DNA of 64,000 nt. Origin: a virus. The translations under genes were made by a program, and so were the position numbers. This document shows positions 19,138-28,682 of the stretch, one piece after another (the stretch's first letter is position 1; every line of letters starts with the position of its first letter). The notes below the pieces were generated by a model. It ran no database searches, was not told where the DNA came from, and saw only the letters and a list, made by a program, of their open reading frames with translations. The stretch lies in the IMG/VR virus record IMGVR_UViG_3300045988_080466; one strand, 5' to 3'.

Positions 19138-20153
19138 GGATTTACAGTATAAAATGCAACCATTCGCAATAGCTTTACAAACTCTGCGAATCCTCTTATT
19201 AGTTCTTTCTTACTGACTTTATATACTCCAGCAAAATAATTGGGAACAGTAGATACCAATAGCATGTTTGCTTTCATGTCGGGCTCTTTAAGCCCGTATA
19301 TATGTTCAGCAGCTAGCATTAGTAACCAACCATACATACCCATTTGCCGATAATAATGATATTGTTCCCAACTTTCATTAAATCGAGTCAAATAATGACC
19401 AGTAGTTTTTAAGTCATTTAATGTGATAAGGTTCTCATCTGGACAAATAGTATAATTATCCAGTTTAGCTTTTAGCTTTAATATGAAAGGCTCGTGGTCT
19501 GGAACTGTCACTTCGACGTCCAGTATAACGGCTTGTTCATTTAAAGACAATGGTGGAGTCATTATAAATTGAGGATTTAATAGAGACTGTATCTCCTTAT
19601 TCCTATTTACTGACTGCAAACAAAGCTGTAATTTCTCCCTTGATTTGGAATCCAGATAGATTGGAACCTTGGATGTATTATTTCCAAATTCATATTTCTT
19701 TCTGTCAATCCAATATTCTGTGCACTTATTACGTATGGATAAGATTTTCTTATCGTCCATTTTACCCTTGTAATAATCTATCTTGTCAGAAGCGGCTATA
19801 ATATCTTCATCAGATACTTCACCTTTTATTAAAAAGACAGAATATAGTTCATCTGCCATGAATCCAGCTTTTGCTGTTGGTCTATCGACCGAGTCCACTA
19901 AAGTAAATTCATTTGGCTGTAAAACTAACTCATGCACTGCAGAACCAAATACTAACGAATCGGAGTAAGCGGTTTTCAATCCTTCAAAATACTGCTCTGG
20001 AGACCCTCCTTGCTCAGGGTTTATATATTTAAGTCTCGAGTTACTGATATAATCTCTATATCCATTCCCAAAATACTCTTCATCAGTAATGTCAAGTACC
20101 TTGAGTGTTTCTACTAGGGGATTGAGCTTGATGTCATTCAAGCTCATAGGCAT
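19119..20153 (-). CDS. PD-(D/E)XK exonuclease, RecE/exonuclease VIII-like (DUF3799-type)
   Basis: GSAVHELVLQPNEF, LNDLKTTGH (D..DxK-type), YYRQMGMYGW (QxxxY) in the order typical of RecE-type PDDEXK domains. Confidence 0.65.
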   Translation of the reverse strand: MPMSLNDIKLNPLVETLKVLDITDEEYFGNGYRDYISNSRLKYINPEQGGSPEQYFEGLKTAYSDSLVFGSAVHELVLQPNEFTLVDSVDRPTAKAGFMADELYSVFLIKGEVSDEDIIAASDKIDYYKGKMDDKKILSIRNKCTEYWIDRKKYEFGNNTSKVPIYLDSKSREKLQLCLQSVNRNKEIQSLLNPQFIMTPPLSLNEQAVILDVEVTVPDHEPFILKLKAKLDNYTICPDENLITLNDLKTTGHYLTRFNESWEQYHYYRQMGMYGWLLMLAAEHIYGLKEPDMKANMLLVSTVPNYFAGVYKVSKKELIRGFAEFVKLLRMVAFYTVNPWETPI

Positions 20154-20391
20154 GTAATTCTAATTTAAATGTTGCACTCGGAGTATCTAAATCATCAGCT
20201 GATTCATATACACTCATTGTCCCATTCTCATAGTCCATATCAATACAATATGCTTTGTCTCCCGCTTTATATTTACCAACGTCCTTGATAAATACACAAT
20301 TCATAAAAGTTATAAAAAGAGTATCGCATAAATCCCAACTTCCCCAAGTGAATAATTGTTTTTCCATTAACCGTAGGTTTTCATAAAGCAA
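20134..20391 (-). CDS. hypothetical protein (85 aa)
   Basis: ORF in array. Confidence 0.45.
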   Translation of the reverse strand: MLYENLRLMEKQLFTWGSWDLCDTLFITFMNCVFIKDVGKYKAGDKAYCIDMDYENGTMSVYESADDLDTPSATFKLELHAYELE

Positions 20392-20876
20392 TAGGCATCC
20401 ATAATTTCGTCCTTACAAAGAGAGAAAACCTTATACATAGGAAAATCTGAAGTTCTTTCTGTATGATATACCAATGCAGGTAAGCCTGAATTGTGACATT
20501 TCAATACATTGCTGACTGAATCATCAATAAATACATCGACCTTACCTTTAATCATATCAGCTTTATTGCCGTGCTGATAGACCATTTGATAGATAGGAGC
20601 TTTCGGGAATCCGTTCATCTCCAGCCACTTCTTAGTCCATTCCTTATTGTTTACTCTTTTTGTGCAATACAGAGCTGGCTGGAAATCTGGCATATTAATA
20701 ACCTTCAGACCAAGCCAAAAATCTCTGTCTTTAGATAATACCTGCTGCACGTTTTTAGTAATTATACTATCTTCGAGCATACGTGGATTGTTTTTTGTAT
20801 CAAAATACTCACAATATGCTCCCCAAAAGTCGGCTAGACAATCGTCTATGTCTAATCCAATTCTAAATCTCTTCAT
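20367..20876 (-). CDS. HAD-family 5'(3')-deoxyribonucleotidase-like phosphatase
   Basis: N-terminal IGLDIDDCLADF (DxDxx nucleophile motif), late FIDDS; about 170 aa as in NT5C-type enzymes. Confidence 0.6.
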   Translation of the reverse strand: MKRFRIGLDIDDCLADFWGAYCEYFDTKNNPRMLEDSIITKNVQQVLSKDRDFWLGLKVINMPDFQPALYCTKRVNNKEWTKKWLEMNGFPKAPIYQMVYQHGNKADMIKGKVDVFIDDSVSNVLKCHNSGLPALVYHTERTSDFPMYKVFSLCKDEIMDAYCFMKTYG

Positions 20877-20894
20877 TTAATAAAATTTTATTCT

Positions 20895-21107
20895 TTATAA
20901 AGCGTCTATATCAATGACATCACCTACTTGGGCATTTGCGGCTTCGATGATGTCAACAAACTCACTCCAATCCCCAGGATAGTCTAAATCCCAGAGATTT
21001 ACATAAGTTTCAATGATTTTATCCTTAGCTTCTTGAAGGCTTCTGGCTGTAATTTTCTCAACCCAGACGCTATCACTGGTGCTAAAAGGAACTACGTATG
21101 TGTTCAT
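20895..21107 (-). CDS. hypothetical protein (70 aa)
   Basis: ORF in array. Confidence 0.45.
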   Translation of the reverse strand: MNTYVVPFSTSDSVWVEKITARSLQEAKDKIIETYVNLWDLDYPGDWSEFVDIIEAANAQVGDVIDIDAL

Positions 21108-21910
21108 TCACAAACTTCGTCAAAGTTTTCAACAATGTCAATCATCTCATTATCGAGAACATCCCAGACTTGGTCGAATATGGTTTGTGGCATCTTTTCG
21201 TAATAGGCATAAGCAATACTGCCGGCCATAGCTGCAATAGTATCACTATCTCCACCCATAGAAATAGCTAGTTTTAAACAATCCTCGTAGTCTTTAGACT
21301 CAAGAAATGCAAGTAAAGCAATAGGAACACTGCCTTGACAAGTAGAATCGAAATGATATTCTGGACGAATCTCATCCAAAGTCTTAGATGCATACTCTGG
21401 ATAATATTTATTGAGAATGTCTCTCACAGAATTTTTAGTCCGAAGTTTCTGTTTCATTACGTATATTGCCAATGCAATAGCTTGAGCACCTTTCACTCCC
21501 TCTGGGTCATTATGAGAACACAGAGCAGAGTTCTTAGCGAGTTCAAGACACTCCTCAGCACTTTTAGCTGCATAGCCACAAGGACTTACACGCATTGCCG
21601 AACCATTACCATAGCTTCCATAAGGAACAGGATTATCAATCCATTTACGGAACATTCCACCATATCCTCTGTTGGGATATTTCTTACACATTTCTTGGAT
21701 GCACTCTCCAAATTGCTCTGGAGTAGGATTTCCGTACTTTAGAATAGCATTTGCTACTCCAATAGTACATACAGTATCGTCTGTAAAACCATTACCTGTT
21801 CTTACTAAACGAACCACTTCATACAGTTTAGTTCTTCCGAACTTTGCTTCATAGGAGGAACCGCAGACATCACCTGCAATTGCTCCAAATAGTACATAGT
21901 CTATTATCAT
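21104..21910 (-). CDS. ADP-ribosylglycohydrolase family protein (DraG/ARH-like)
   Basis: GAIAGDVCGSSYE, FTDDTVCT, YGNGSAMRVSPCG, GGDSDTIAAMAGSIAYAYY. Confidence 0.85.
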   Translation of the reverse strand: MIIDYVLFGAIAGDVCGSSYEAKFGRTKLYEVVRLVRTGNGFTDDTVCTIGVANAILKYGNPTPEQFGECIQEMCKKYPNRGYGGMFRKWIDNPVPYGSYGNGSAMRVSPCGYAAKSAEECLELAKNSALCSHNDPEGVKGAQAIALAIYVMKQKLRTKNSVRDILNKYYPEYASKTLDEIRPEYHFDSTCQGSVPIALLAFLESKDYEDCLKLAISMGGDSDTIAAMAGSIAYAYYEKMPQTIFDQVWDVLDNEMIDIVENFDEVCE

Positions 21911-22212
21911 TGGTAGCTGACTGAGTTTTTAATAGTTATTTCTTCGTTGTAAAAGTTGAATCCTTCAGGGGTTCCAAAATCTGTTAATGTAAAAGAGCTA
22001 TCCGTTGCTCCTTCAAAAATTTCATCGTCCATGTCCTTGTTAAACACTTTAACAATTATTCCTTTAAAGCTCTTGAGTGATGGTTCTACTGCAAGAACAA
22101 CATAATCATAACCATGACTTGCATATCTAAGAAGGCATGGATACGGGAGTGTTTCAGATGTCATAGGAGATGTAATTTTTACACCCTCTATTTTTGGAGT
22201 CGATTTAATCAT
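21907..22212 (-). CDS. hypothetical protein (101 aa)
   Basis: ORF coupled between the radical-SAM and ARH genes. Confidence 0.5.
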   Translation of the reverse strand: MIKSTPKIEGVKITSPMTSETLPYPCLLRYASHGYDYVVLAVEPSLKSFKGIIVKVFNKDMDDEIFEGATDSSFTLTDFGTPEGFNFYNEEITIKNSVSYQ

Positions 22213-23129
22213 AATTCAATTATTTTAATTGGATTTAAGTTAAATGAACTTGGGGTTATTTGTACTTTATCTTTTGTAAGAATCACGTTCTTACTTAAAG
22301 ATTCGGGTGGATAAAGATAAGTAGGAATCTTAGAAGTTTCCAGATACTTAGAGAAATGGGCTCCGAAAGCAATGTTTTCCATACCTTCTGTGAGTACTTT
22401 CTCTTCAAGATACTCGAATACTCCCTCATCAATTCCACTATCACTACGTCCAGAAGGCATCAACGGCAACAGAACATGATATTTTACATCACTTCCATAG
22501 CGTTTCCATTCATTAACAAAATAGTCAACGGATTCCTTGTTGGAAATAATATGGTGAATATTTACATTTGTGTCACCCATCGTAATGAGATTGCAAATAG
22601 CCATATCAGCATATTTACGCAACTCTCTATTTCCTAAACTTACAGCAACTCCGCCTACGAAGTTACGAGTATATTCAAGCAACTCTCGATTAGTAGCTTT
22701 AGACAATGTAATGCCATTAGTAGTATAATTAGGAACTACTCCTGTATTATACACTGTCTCTAAGAACTTACAGAAGTCTGGATGAATAGTAGGCTCACCA
22801 GTAGAACCGATAGCAATTTGAAATGGCTTATCGGTAATAGTAACGTGATTTGCCTTTTCTTCTTTATAAAGACTCATCCACTTTACCCATGTTTCGCATA
22901 TATCAGGATAGTTAATTCCTTTATGTGAAGCACTTACGTAACAGAATGGACATTCTGCATTACAAAGAGTGTTAATACCCACATCGTAGAACTCTGCTTT
23001 ATCAGCCGGAAGTTCTTTTGCAACTCCTTCACCAAGTCTAATAGTCTTTAAATTTGGAGACCAAATTGCATTATAATTGTAGTCTGGAAACACTCTTCTT
23101 TTTAAACCCCAATGGTTAAAATCTTTCAT
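22209..23129 (-). CDS. radical SAM enzyme (no SPASM/twitch Cys cluster seen)
   Basis: CNAECPFCY (CxxxCxxC), GSTGEPTIHPDF, TTNGITL; 306 aa; no further Cys-rich region. Confidence 0.8.
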   Translation of the reverse strand: MKDFNHWGLKRRVFPDYNYNAIWSPNLKTIRLGEGVAKELPADKAEFYDVGINTLCNAECPFCYVSASHKGINYPDICETWVKWMSLYKEEKANHVTITDKPFQIAIGSTGEPTIHPDFCKFLETVYNTGVVPNYTTNGITLSKATNRELLEYTRNFVGGVAVSLGNRELRKYADMAICNLITMGDTNVNIHHIISNKESVDYFVNEWKRYGSDVKYHVLLPLMPSGRSDSGIDEGVFEYLEEKVLTEGMENIAFGAHFSKYLETSKIPTYLYPPESLSKNVILTKDKVQITPSSFNLNPIKIIEL

Positions 23130-23146
23130 CTTTTAATTGTTTTTTT

Positions 23147-23671
23147 TTAGTTTCTTTCGTTTTCTGGAAGTTCTTTCCATTCAGAATAAGATACAACTTC
23201 TATCACTCTTTTGGTTTCTGGGTCAATGCGACAATAACTGTCACAAGTTACCACTTCAAGGTTATTAAGTAACCAATTGATTGTGGCTCTTCTGCTGTGG
23301 TCTATATCAACCCACACGAATTTTTCCAACTCTTCAAGAGATTCTTTAAATTGTAAAGAGAAGACTTCCTTGGTGAATAAATCCCGCTTGTTTTCAGGTA
23401 TATATTCATTCTTATCTTCGTTGTAATAATCATCAAAAGTCTTTATCTCCAATTCCCCGCCCATACCGGATGAAGAATCGTACTTGGCTCTTTCTTCGTC
23501 AGATAGTTTCTCCCACTCATCCCAATCGCCATCAAAATAGTTCTTGTTTGCAACTTGCTCAATTAGATTTACTAAATCATTGACTGGAGTAGTTGCCTTA
23601 ACTACGAATACCTCTGAACTAGAGTTCGTAATAATGTCTGAAACAGACTGTAATTTAATTCCTAATCGCAT
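23147..23671 (-). CDS. ITNSSS-motif paralog 4 (174 aa)
   Basis: N-terminus MRLGIKLQSVSDIITNSSSEVF shared with 3 upstream genes. Confidence 0.65.
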   Translation of the reverse strand: MRLGIKLQSVSDIITNSSSEVFVVKATTPVNDLVNLIEQVANKNYFDGDWDEWEKLSDEERAKYDSSSGMGGELEIKTFDDYYNEDKNEYIPENKRDLFTKEVFSLQFKESLEELEKFVWVDIDHSRRATINWLLNNLEVVTCDSYCRIDPETKRVIEVVSYSEWKELPENERN

Positions 23672-24003
23672 CTTTCTACTGTATAATTTTCTTCTCCGAA
23701 CTTATCTTTGAGAATAGCCTTAACTCCTACTTCAAAGAATGTATCACATTCTATTCCATAAGGAAGACTTAATTCACAGACAAATCCTTCAAATCCTTCT
23801 TCATTCTCATGATAATATTCAGTCTCGTCACTAATAACAGGACTTAGTTCCCAGTCATGAGAAGGGAAAAGGTCCTTTAGCGCGTTATATATTTCATCAT
23901 GCAGGACTTTGTCCTTAGTATCTACTCTAAGAAATGTTTCAGAACTTGAATTTGTAATGAGGTCGGAAATTGATTGAATTTTAAGTGTAATTTTTAATTT
24001 CAT
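23662..24003 (-). CDS. ITNSSS-motif paralog 3 (113 aa)
   Basis: N-terminus MKLKITLKIQSISDLITNSSSETF. Confidence 0.65.
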   Translation of the reverse strand: MKLKITLKIQSISDLITNSSSETFLRVDTKDKVLHDEIYNALKDLFPSHDWELSPVISDETEYYHENEEGFEGFVCELSLPYGIECDTFFEVGVKAILKDKFGEENYTVERCD

Positions 24004-24191
24004 ACTCTAATCTTTTTGAATTTACCACATTTTTTACATAAAAAAGTGATTTCTACCCAAGTGGGACATTTATCAGTCCCGCTCCAGTATAATTCACTCT
24101 GTTTTACTTGTTCCCATTCGTGGCAGCATAGGAATTTCTTTTTAAACGCTTCTACTAAGTCTTTAAACATATCAATAACGATAGTCAGCAC
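24000..24191 (-). CDS. small Cys-rich (zinc-ribbon-like) protein (63 aa)
   Basis: CCHEW ... CPTW ... CKKCG; sits between paralogs 2 and 3. Confidence 0.45.
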   Translation of the reverse strand: MLTIVIDMFKDLVEAFKKKFLCCHEWEQVKQSELYWSGTDKCPTWVEITFLCKKCGKFKKIRV

Positions 24192-24711
24192 TGTATAGAG
24201 TATCTAAAGAGTTCAGAGCTTTGGCAGCCATTTCAGCGTCCTCATTGTCTAATCCGTCCTTAACTCTAATGTTCAATTCTTCAAGAGCTGGGAAAGAGTC
24301 CCAGGCACCGTCATTTTGTTCTATACAGTATTCTTCGTATGTCTGTGCTCCATTTTCAATTGCAACTCTTTTTACTTCATCAAAAATATATTCAAGTGCT
24401 TTAGACTTACTTTCACTCCAATCTCCTGCATCCCAGCCGTCAGAGTAAATTTTTTCAAGAGATTTAGCATAATCATTATCCCCGTCCTTGATATAATTTT
24501 TGATGTAGTCATAGTATGCGTCCTCCCATCTATCATCGAACTTAGTGTCGAATACAAATAGGTCAGAGAACATAAGAGTACTTCCTACCGATGCAAGTAA
24601 AGAATCCACAATATTCCTGATAATACATTCTGCATTGTCATTCAATACTGTAAATGTTTCAGTGGAACTGTTAGTAATTAAATCTGTAATAGATTGAATT
24701 TTGATTTTCAT
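24172..24711 (-). CDS. ITNSSS-motif paralog 2 (179 aa)
   Basis: N-terminus MKIKIQSITDLITNSSTETF. Confidence 0.65.
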   Translation of the reverse strand: MKIKIQSITDLITNSSTETFTVLNDNAECIIRNIVDSLLASVGSTLMFSDLFVFDTKFDDRWEDAYYDYIKNYIKDGDNDYAKSLEKIYSDGWDAGDWSESKSKALEYIFDEVKRVAIENGAQTYEEYCIEQNDGAWDSFPALEELNIRVKDGLDNEDAEMAAKALNSLDTLYSADYRY

Positions 24712-24712
24712 T

Positions 24713-25045
24713 TTATCCTAAATGATAACGGTTAATATTTGAATAATCTAGACTTTCTATAAACTCCATTACCCATCCCGGTATGCTGTTATCTGTTACT
24801 GACTCGATGACTAAGTCTCCTCTTTTTATTTTAATGTGTCTGTAAAAATCATAGGTCATATCATTTGATGCTACCCAAGTTTTGTATAATTCGCTCGGAA
24901 CTAATCCGGCAGCGGTTACTACTTTATCAATCAATTCTTCTATTTCCTGATTTTTACTTTTTTGATTGTGAACTACAAACAACTCACTCGAGCTATTTGT
25001 TATCACATCTGATATTGACTGCGTCCTCAAGATTACTATCATCAT
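24713..25045 (-). CDS. ITNSSS-motif paralog 1 (110 aa)
   Basis: N-terminus MMIVILRTQSISDVITNSSSELF. Confidence 0.65.
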   Translation of the reverse strand: MMIVILRTQSISDVITNSSSELFVVHNQKSKNQEIEELIDKVVTAAGLVPSELYKTWVASNDMTYDFYRHIKIKRGDLVIESVTDNSIPGWVMEFIESLDYSNINRYHLG

Positions 25046-25169
25046 CTAAAAGTGTTTGTAAGTTATTAATTTCTCTTTGGTGATAGTCTATTTCGTCCTC
25101 TAAATCCATAATTATAAGATTATGTTCAAGGATTTGGCTCTCTATCACTTCTCTCTGTTCATTTGTCAT
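24993..25169 (-). CDS. small coiled-coil hypothetical protein (58 aa)
   Basis: Below track cutoff; MTNEQREVIESQILEHNLIIMDLEDEIDYHQREINNLQTLL...; 53-nt overlap with paralog 1. Confidence 0.25.
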   Translation of the reverse strand: MTNEQREVIESQILEHNLIIMDLEDEIDYHQREINNLQTLLDDDSNLEDAVNIRCDNK

Positions 25170-25173
25170 AACA

Positions 25174-25203
25174 ATAAAAAAGGCGACTATTGTTTAGTCG
25201 CCT
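25174..25203 (-). terminator. rho-independent terminator (minus strand)
   Basis: Perfect 9-bp stem AGGCGACTA/TAGTCGCCT, 5-nt loop, followed in minus sense by TTTTT; overlaps stop of 25187..25582. Confidence 0.8.
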
Positions 25204-25582
25204 TAATTAGTTCATAGAAATATTCTTTTGTCATAATGACATATTCTCCAATAGAGCCCATGTTGACTTCCTTATTTACCTGATAGTTATGAAATACTAC
25301 CAATGGTCTGTCTTTACGAGGGCATCCGGGAATAATGTCTTGATACGAGGGCTTATTCTTAGTACATTTGCATTGCACATAGAATGGTAACGTGTTTGGA
25401 ATTGTCTCTGCTATATCTATTTTATCAGCATCAAGGTTTTTCGATTCAGAACGAGAGGACTTCAATCCTTCAAATCCAAGTGCAGTTAATTCCTTGATAA
25501 TCTTTAACTCATAATTGTTACCCTTCCTCTTTGCATACGCTCCTGTGTGTTTCTTCTTTGGTTTCTCTTGTTCTTCTGCCAT
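25187..25582 (-). CDS. PD-(D/E)XK nuclease, Hjc-like Holliday junction resolvase candidate
   Basis: KRKGNNYELKIIKELTALGFEG...SSRSES...DKIDI...FYVQCK follows the G..E..L..GF..R.S..D...(E/Q)xK pattern. Confidence 0.5.
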   Translation of the reverse strand: MAEEQEKPKKKHTGAYAKRKGNNYELKIIKELTALGFEGLKSSRSESKNLDADKIDIAETIPNTLPFYVQCKCTKNKPSYQDIIPGCPRKDRPLVVFHNYQVNKEVNMGSIGEYVIMTKEYFYELIKATKQ

Positions 25583-26567
25583 AATAATTTACTCCTTCTT
25601 GGATTAGTTCCAAGGTCTTTTTGTGTCCATACTTTTTGTGAAAATCTGAAATATCCTTAGCACCATAGCTACGAGGTATCATAAGACAGATTAAACCAGT
25701 GTCTTTTCTAATTTTTTTCATATTAGAAACACCGGCTAAATCATTATCATATAATACACATATGTGCTCAAATCTACTTTTCAATTCATCAAAAAGAGTT
25801 TGCGGAATAAATAAATTCTCAGAGTTAGGTGCTATGGCAGGTATTCCACACGAATAAAAAGTCATTACGTCTTTCAGAGACTTAGTAATAACCAGAACTT
25901 TACCCTTTTTAGGTAACTGGTCTAGTCCCTGTATCATTTTAGCAGACCAATTAGAAAGGAATCTATACGACTTTCGTTTAGGAAAATAAATTCTCCATAA
26001 TTCTAGTCCATCCTTTTTACCTTTATAATAACCATAAATGGGACTTTGTTCGTTGGAAGAAGCAAAATAATTTCCATTTAAAAAAATGGATTTACAAGAA
26101 TATACCCTAAACTTTTTCAGTATAGGGGGCGTGATACCATAAGAAGCCCACCACTCAAGCTCTTTTTGAGAGAAATCTTGCATCTCAATTTGAATACTGG
26201 CTGGCCCAGTTTCCTCAAATTTCTCAGCTCGTTCATTAATTTTGCCTTTGTTCTTTTTAAGATGTGGGGAAGATATTAGTCCGAAATCATTGGCGATAAT
26301 TTTCAAGGCCTGATGATAAGTACAACTAAATTTCCGCATTACAACGCTAATGAAGTTTCCGTAGAAATCTCCCTTAAAGTCATTAAAGATAACATCGCCC
26401 GATTTATTCACATAAAATGAACAAGTTGGGTGGTCATCAATCCTTAGAGGTGATTTAAATAATCCCTTCTTTACAGGAATACCCAAATAGTATTCCATGT
26501 AAGTTTCTTGGGAGTATTTAGATAACAAATAGTCTTTTGTGATTGTAGGTTCAATCGTGAATTGCAT
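25518..26567 (-). CDS. DNA primase (TOPRIM, DnaG/T7-like)
   Basis: N-terminal SPLRIDDHPTCSFY, central VLVITKSLKDVM...IPAIAPNSEN...VLYDNDLAG (TOPRIM E...DxD). Confidence 0.7.
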   Translation of the reverse strand: MQFTIEPTITKDYLLSKYSQETYMEYYLGIPVKKGLFKSPLRIDDHPTCSFYVNKSGDVIFNDFKGDFYGNFISVVMRKFSCTYHQALKIIANDFGLISSPHLKKNKGKINERAEKFEETGPASIQIEMQDFSQKELEWWASYGITPPILKKFRVYSCKSIFLNGNYFASSNEQSPIYGYYKGKKDGLELWRIYFPKRKSYRFLSNWSAKMIQGLDQLPKKGKVLVITKSLKDVMTFYSCGIPAIAPNSENLFIPQTLFDELKSRFEHICVLYDNDLAGVSNMKKIRKDTGLICLMIPRSYGAKDISDFHKKYGHKKTLELIQEGVNYYGRRTRETKEETHRSVCKEEG

Positions 26568-26592
26568 ATTAACATACTATTTTATTGAACCA

Positions 26593-26624
26593 CAAAGATA
26601 ACAGTTTTAAATCTCAATTCCAAA
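26593..26624 (-). promoter_or_regulatory. Bacteroidota-type promoter for the primase operon
   Basis: Minus-sense TTTG (26621-26624), N20, TATCTTTG (26593-26600). Confidence 0.75.
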
Positions 26625-26627
26625 TAA

Positions 26628-26665
26628 CTCTTAATGAGATTAGTAAGAGCTAAGGGATATTAGCT
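26628..26665 (-). terminator. possible tandem-hairpin terminator (minus strand)
   Basis: AGCTAA/TTAGCT and CTCTTA/TAAGAG hairpins after stop at 26667, then T-rich run in minus sense. Confidence 0.4.
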
Positions 26666-26666
26666 T

Positions 26667-27365
26667 TTACTTCAAAGAGTTAAAGTCAATAGCATCGACA
26701 GATGCAGTATCAGAGGCTGCGTCAGCTGCACTATTCTTTTTCTCAATAGCATCAACGTCAGTCGGCTTCTTAGCCTTTAAATCTTCTTTTCTCTTTAAAT
26801 CATATTCAGTAAAGAATAAATTTTCTCCAATGAAGTTATCAGAAACGAATACTTCACCTTGTTTGTTAAGAGCCAAGAAATAAGGAAGACGAGGTACGAA
26901 ATTTCCGTCTTTGTCTGTTGCCCCTATAAGTTTCAAGTTAGTCTCTGTACCAAATTTTGGTTTAAGGATGTTGATGAAATTTTCACAAAGTTCACCGAAT
27001 GTCTTAAAGGGAATACCCTTTAGTCTTTCGAACTCTTTCGGAGCTATCACAGTTCCTAATTGAGCAATAAAGGACATTGTTCTTTCAAAGTTGCTAGGGC
27101 TTTCAACTTCGTGTCCTTCTTTGTTTTGGCGAGTTGGTCTCTTGTCGTCTCCTTCTTTTGGGAAGAAGATGCTTTCTTCATAGTAACCGTCGTTGTTCTC
27201 AAATCTCACTTTCAAAATTTCATATACAGCATCAGGGTCTTTCTTTCCCTTTAATGTCTCTACCTTAACGTCCGCGAGCTTAACTCTGTGAATCTCATAA
27301 GGTTTCAATCTTGGTTTAGATGTTGATACTGCGGGTGCTGCTGAAAGGTTAAAATTTAATTCCAT
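26667..27365 (-). CDS. putative ssDNA-binding protein
   Basis: Position between the helicase/ATPase genes and primase; acidic C-terminal tail ending DAIDFNSLK; no direct motif. Confidence 0.4.
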   Translation of the reverse strand: MELNFNLSAAPAVSTSKPRLKPYEIHRVKLADVKVETLKGKKDPDAVYEILKVRFENNDGYYEESIFFPKEGDDKRPTRQNKEGHEVESPSNFERTMSFIAQLGTVIAPKEFERLKGIPFKTFGELCENFINILKPKFGTETNLKLIGATDKDGNFVPRLPYFLALNKQGEVFVSDNFIGENLFFTEYDLKRKEDLKAKKPTDVDAIEKKNSAADAASDTASVDAIDFNSLK

Positions 27366-27373
27366 ATTGTAGA

Positions 27374-27982
27374 TTATTTTAATGTAAAGTCGAATTTTGT
27401 TATAGTATCTTCTTCTACTGAATCATCTTGTACCATATTTGCAAGTTGAATATCCAATGGAATATCCTCACTTGGCTCTTCATCTACTTCATTTACATCA
27501 ATCTTATCATCTACTACTTCTGATTCCTCTGGCATACTGTCCCCTATAAGCATGAATAGTCCATCCTTATGTGCATGGGGTATAAGTGTAAATTGGGAAC
27601 CATATTCACTAAGAGTTTCATTAGCTTTACCTCTACAACTTACAGTTAAAGAGTTAGTTAGCTTATTTCCTCCCTTAGTTCCAAATGCTTCATTAGAACC
27701 TATCACAGGCTTTAGAAGCTTTCCGTGCTTTTCGTACTTAATATCGATTCTATCATCAGGACTAACACCAAGTGCTTCTGCAGCGGCTTCATTTAATATA
27801 TATTTATTGTCTTCGAGAACAATTAAAGGTTCTTTGCTATCTGGAAGTGTAGACTTACCTTTACCCTTTTTAGGAGTTTCAGCTTTAGTCTTCTTTGCAC
27901 CAGTTTCTCCTTCGTTCAAGATTTCGCGAGACACAGGAGTGTATTCCCCTGTCTCTGGGTCGAAATCGAACACAATCAGCAT
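27374..27982 (-). CDS. hypothetical protein with acidic C-terminal third
   Basis: ORF 27374..27997; ATG at 27982 avoids overlap. Confidence 0.5.
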   Translation of the reverse strand: MLIVFDFDPETGEYTPVSREILNEGETGAKKTKAETPKKGKGKSTLPDSKEPLIVLEDNKYILNEAAAEALGVSPDDRIDIKYEKHGKLLKPVIGSNEAFGTKGGNKLTNSLTVSCRGKANETLSEYGSQFTLIPHAHKDGLFMLIGDSMPEESEVVDDKIDVNEVDEEPSEDIPLDIQLANMVQDDSVEEDTITKFDFTLK

Positions 27983-27983
27983 T

Positions 27984-28682
27984 TTAATCCTCACCATTAT
28001 ATTCCTTAATACGTTGAATTACCATGTTCAAATCATTATCTATCAATAGTTCATCAAACAATCCCATTGGAGACTTAGCAGTGCAAGTTCCGTCCGAGTT
28101 AGTCTTGAACATATAACGAGGTTTATTTTCTTCATCCTTCTCGATTGTAGTGAAAAGTACATAAGTGAACAAACCTTCTAGAGTAATAACTGAATCCAAC
28201 ATCTTACCAAGAGTTTTAATCTTTAGATATTGGTTAACTCTATCCCCAATATTCTCACTATGAGTAGATACTACAATATACAAATCATCACGAAGATTCA
28301 TTGCATTTTTCAGCACTGAATAAGCATGTTGTGCCATTTCAGTAAACTTCTCATATCCCTTCTCTTTAGCTCTATCCATAGCTTCAAACGCCATGAAATA
28401 CTGGAAGTCATCAATAATAACGTATTTAATCCACGCCATTTTGCTATTGATTAGTTTCAACATAGTTGCCACATTATCAACGCTAGTTGTTGTGTAGAAG
28501 TTACCCAACTCTTCTGGTGTTTTACCAGCTGTGTTTAAGTTACGATACTTCTTTTTTGCACCAGGAATACCCGGTCTTTTACCTGTTGTTGTGATGATAA
28601 AAGTTTCTTCTGGATTTAAATTTCTGATTGAAGTAGTCTTTCCAGAACCAGACTCTCCGCAAATACAAATCATTTCTGCCAT
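27984..28682 (-). CDS. P-loop NTPase (AAA_24/Sak4-like RecA-fold ATPase candidate)
   Basis: Walker A GESGSGKTT at N-terminus, Walker B-like VIIDDFQ. Confidence 0.55.
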   Translation of the reverse strand: MAEMICICGESGSGKTTSIRNLNPEETFIITTTGKRPGIPGAKKKYRNLNTAGKTPEELGNFYTTTSVDNVATMLKLINSKMAWIKYVIIDDFQYFMAFEAMDRAKEKGYEKFTEMAQHAYSVLKNAMNLRDDLYIVVSTHSENIGDRVNQYLKIKTLGKMLDSVITLEGLFTYVLFTTIEKDEENKPRYMFKTNSDGTCTAKSPMGLFDELLIDNDLNMVIQRIKEYNGED

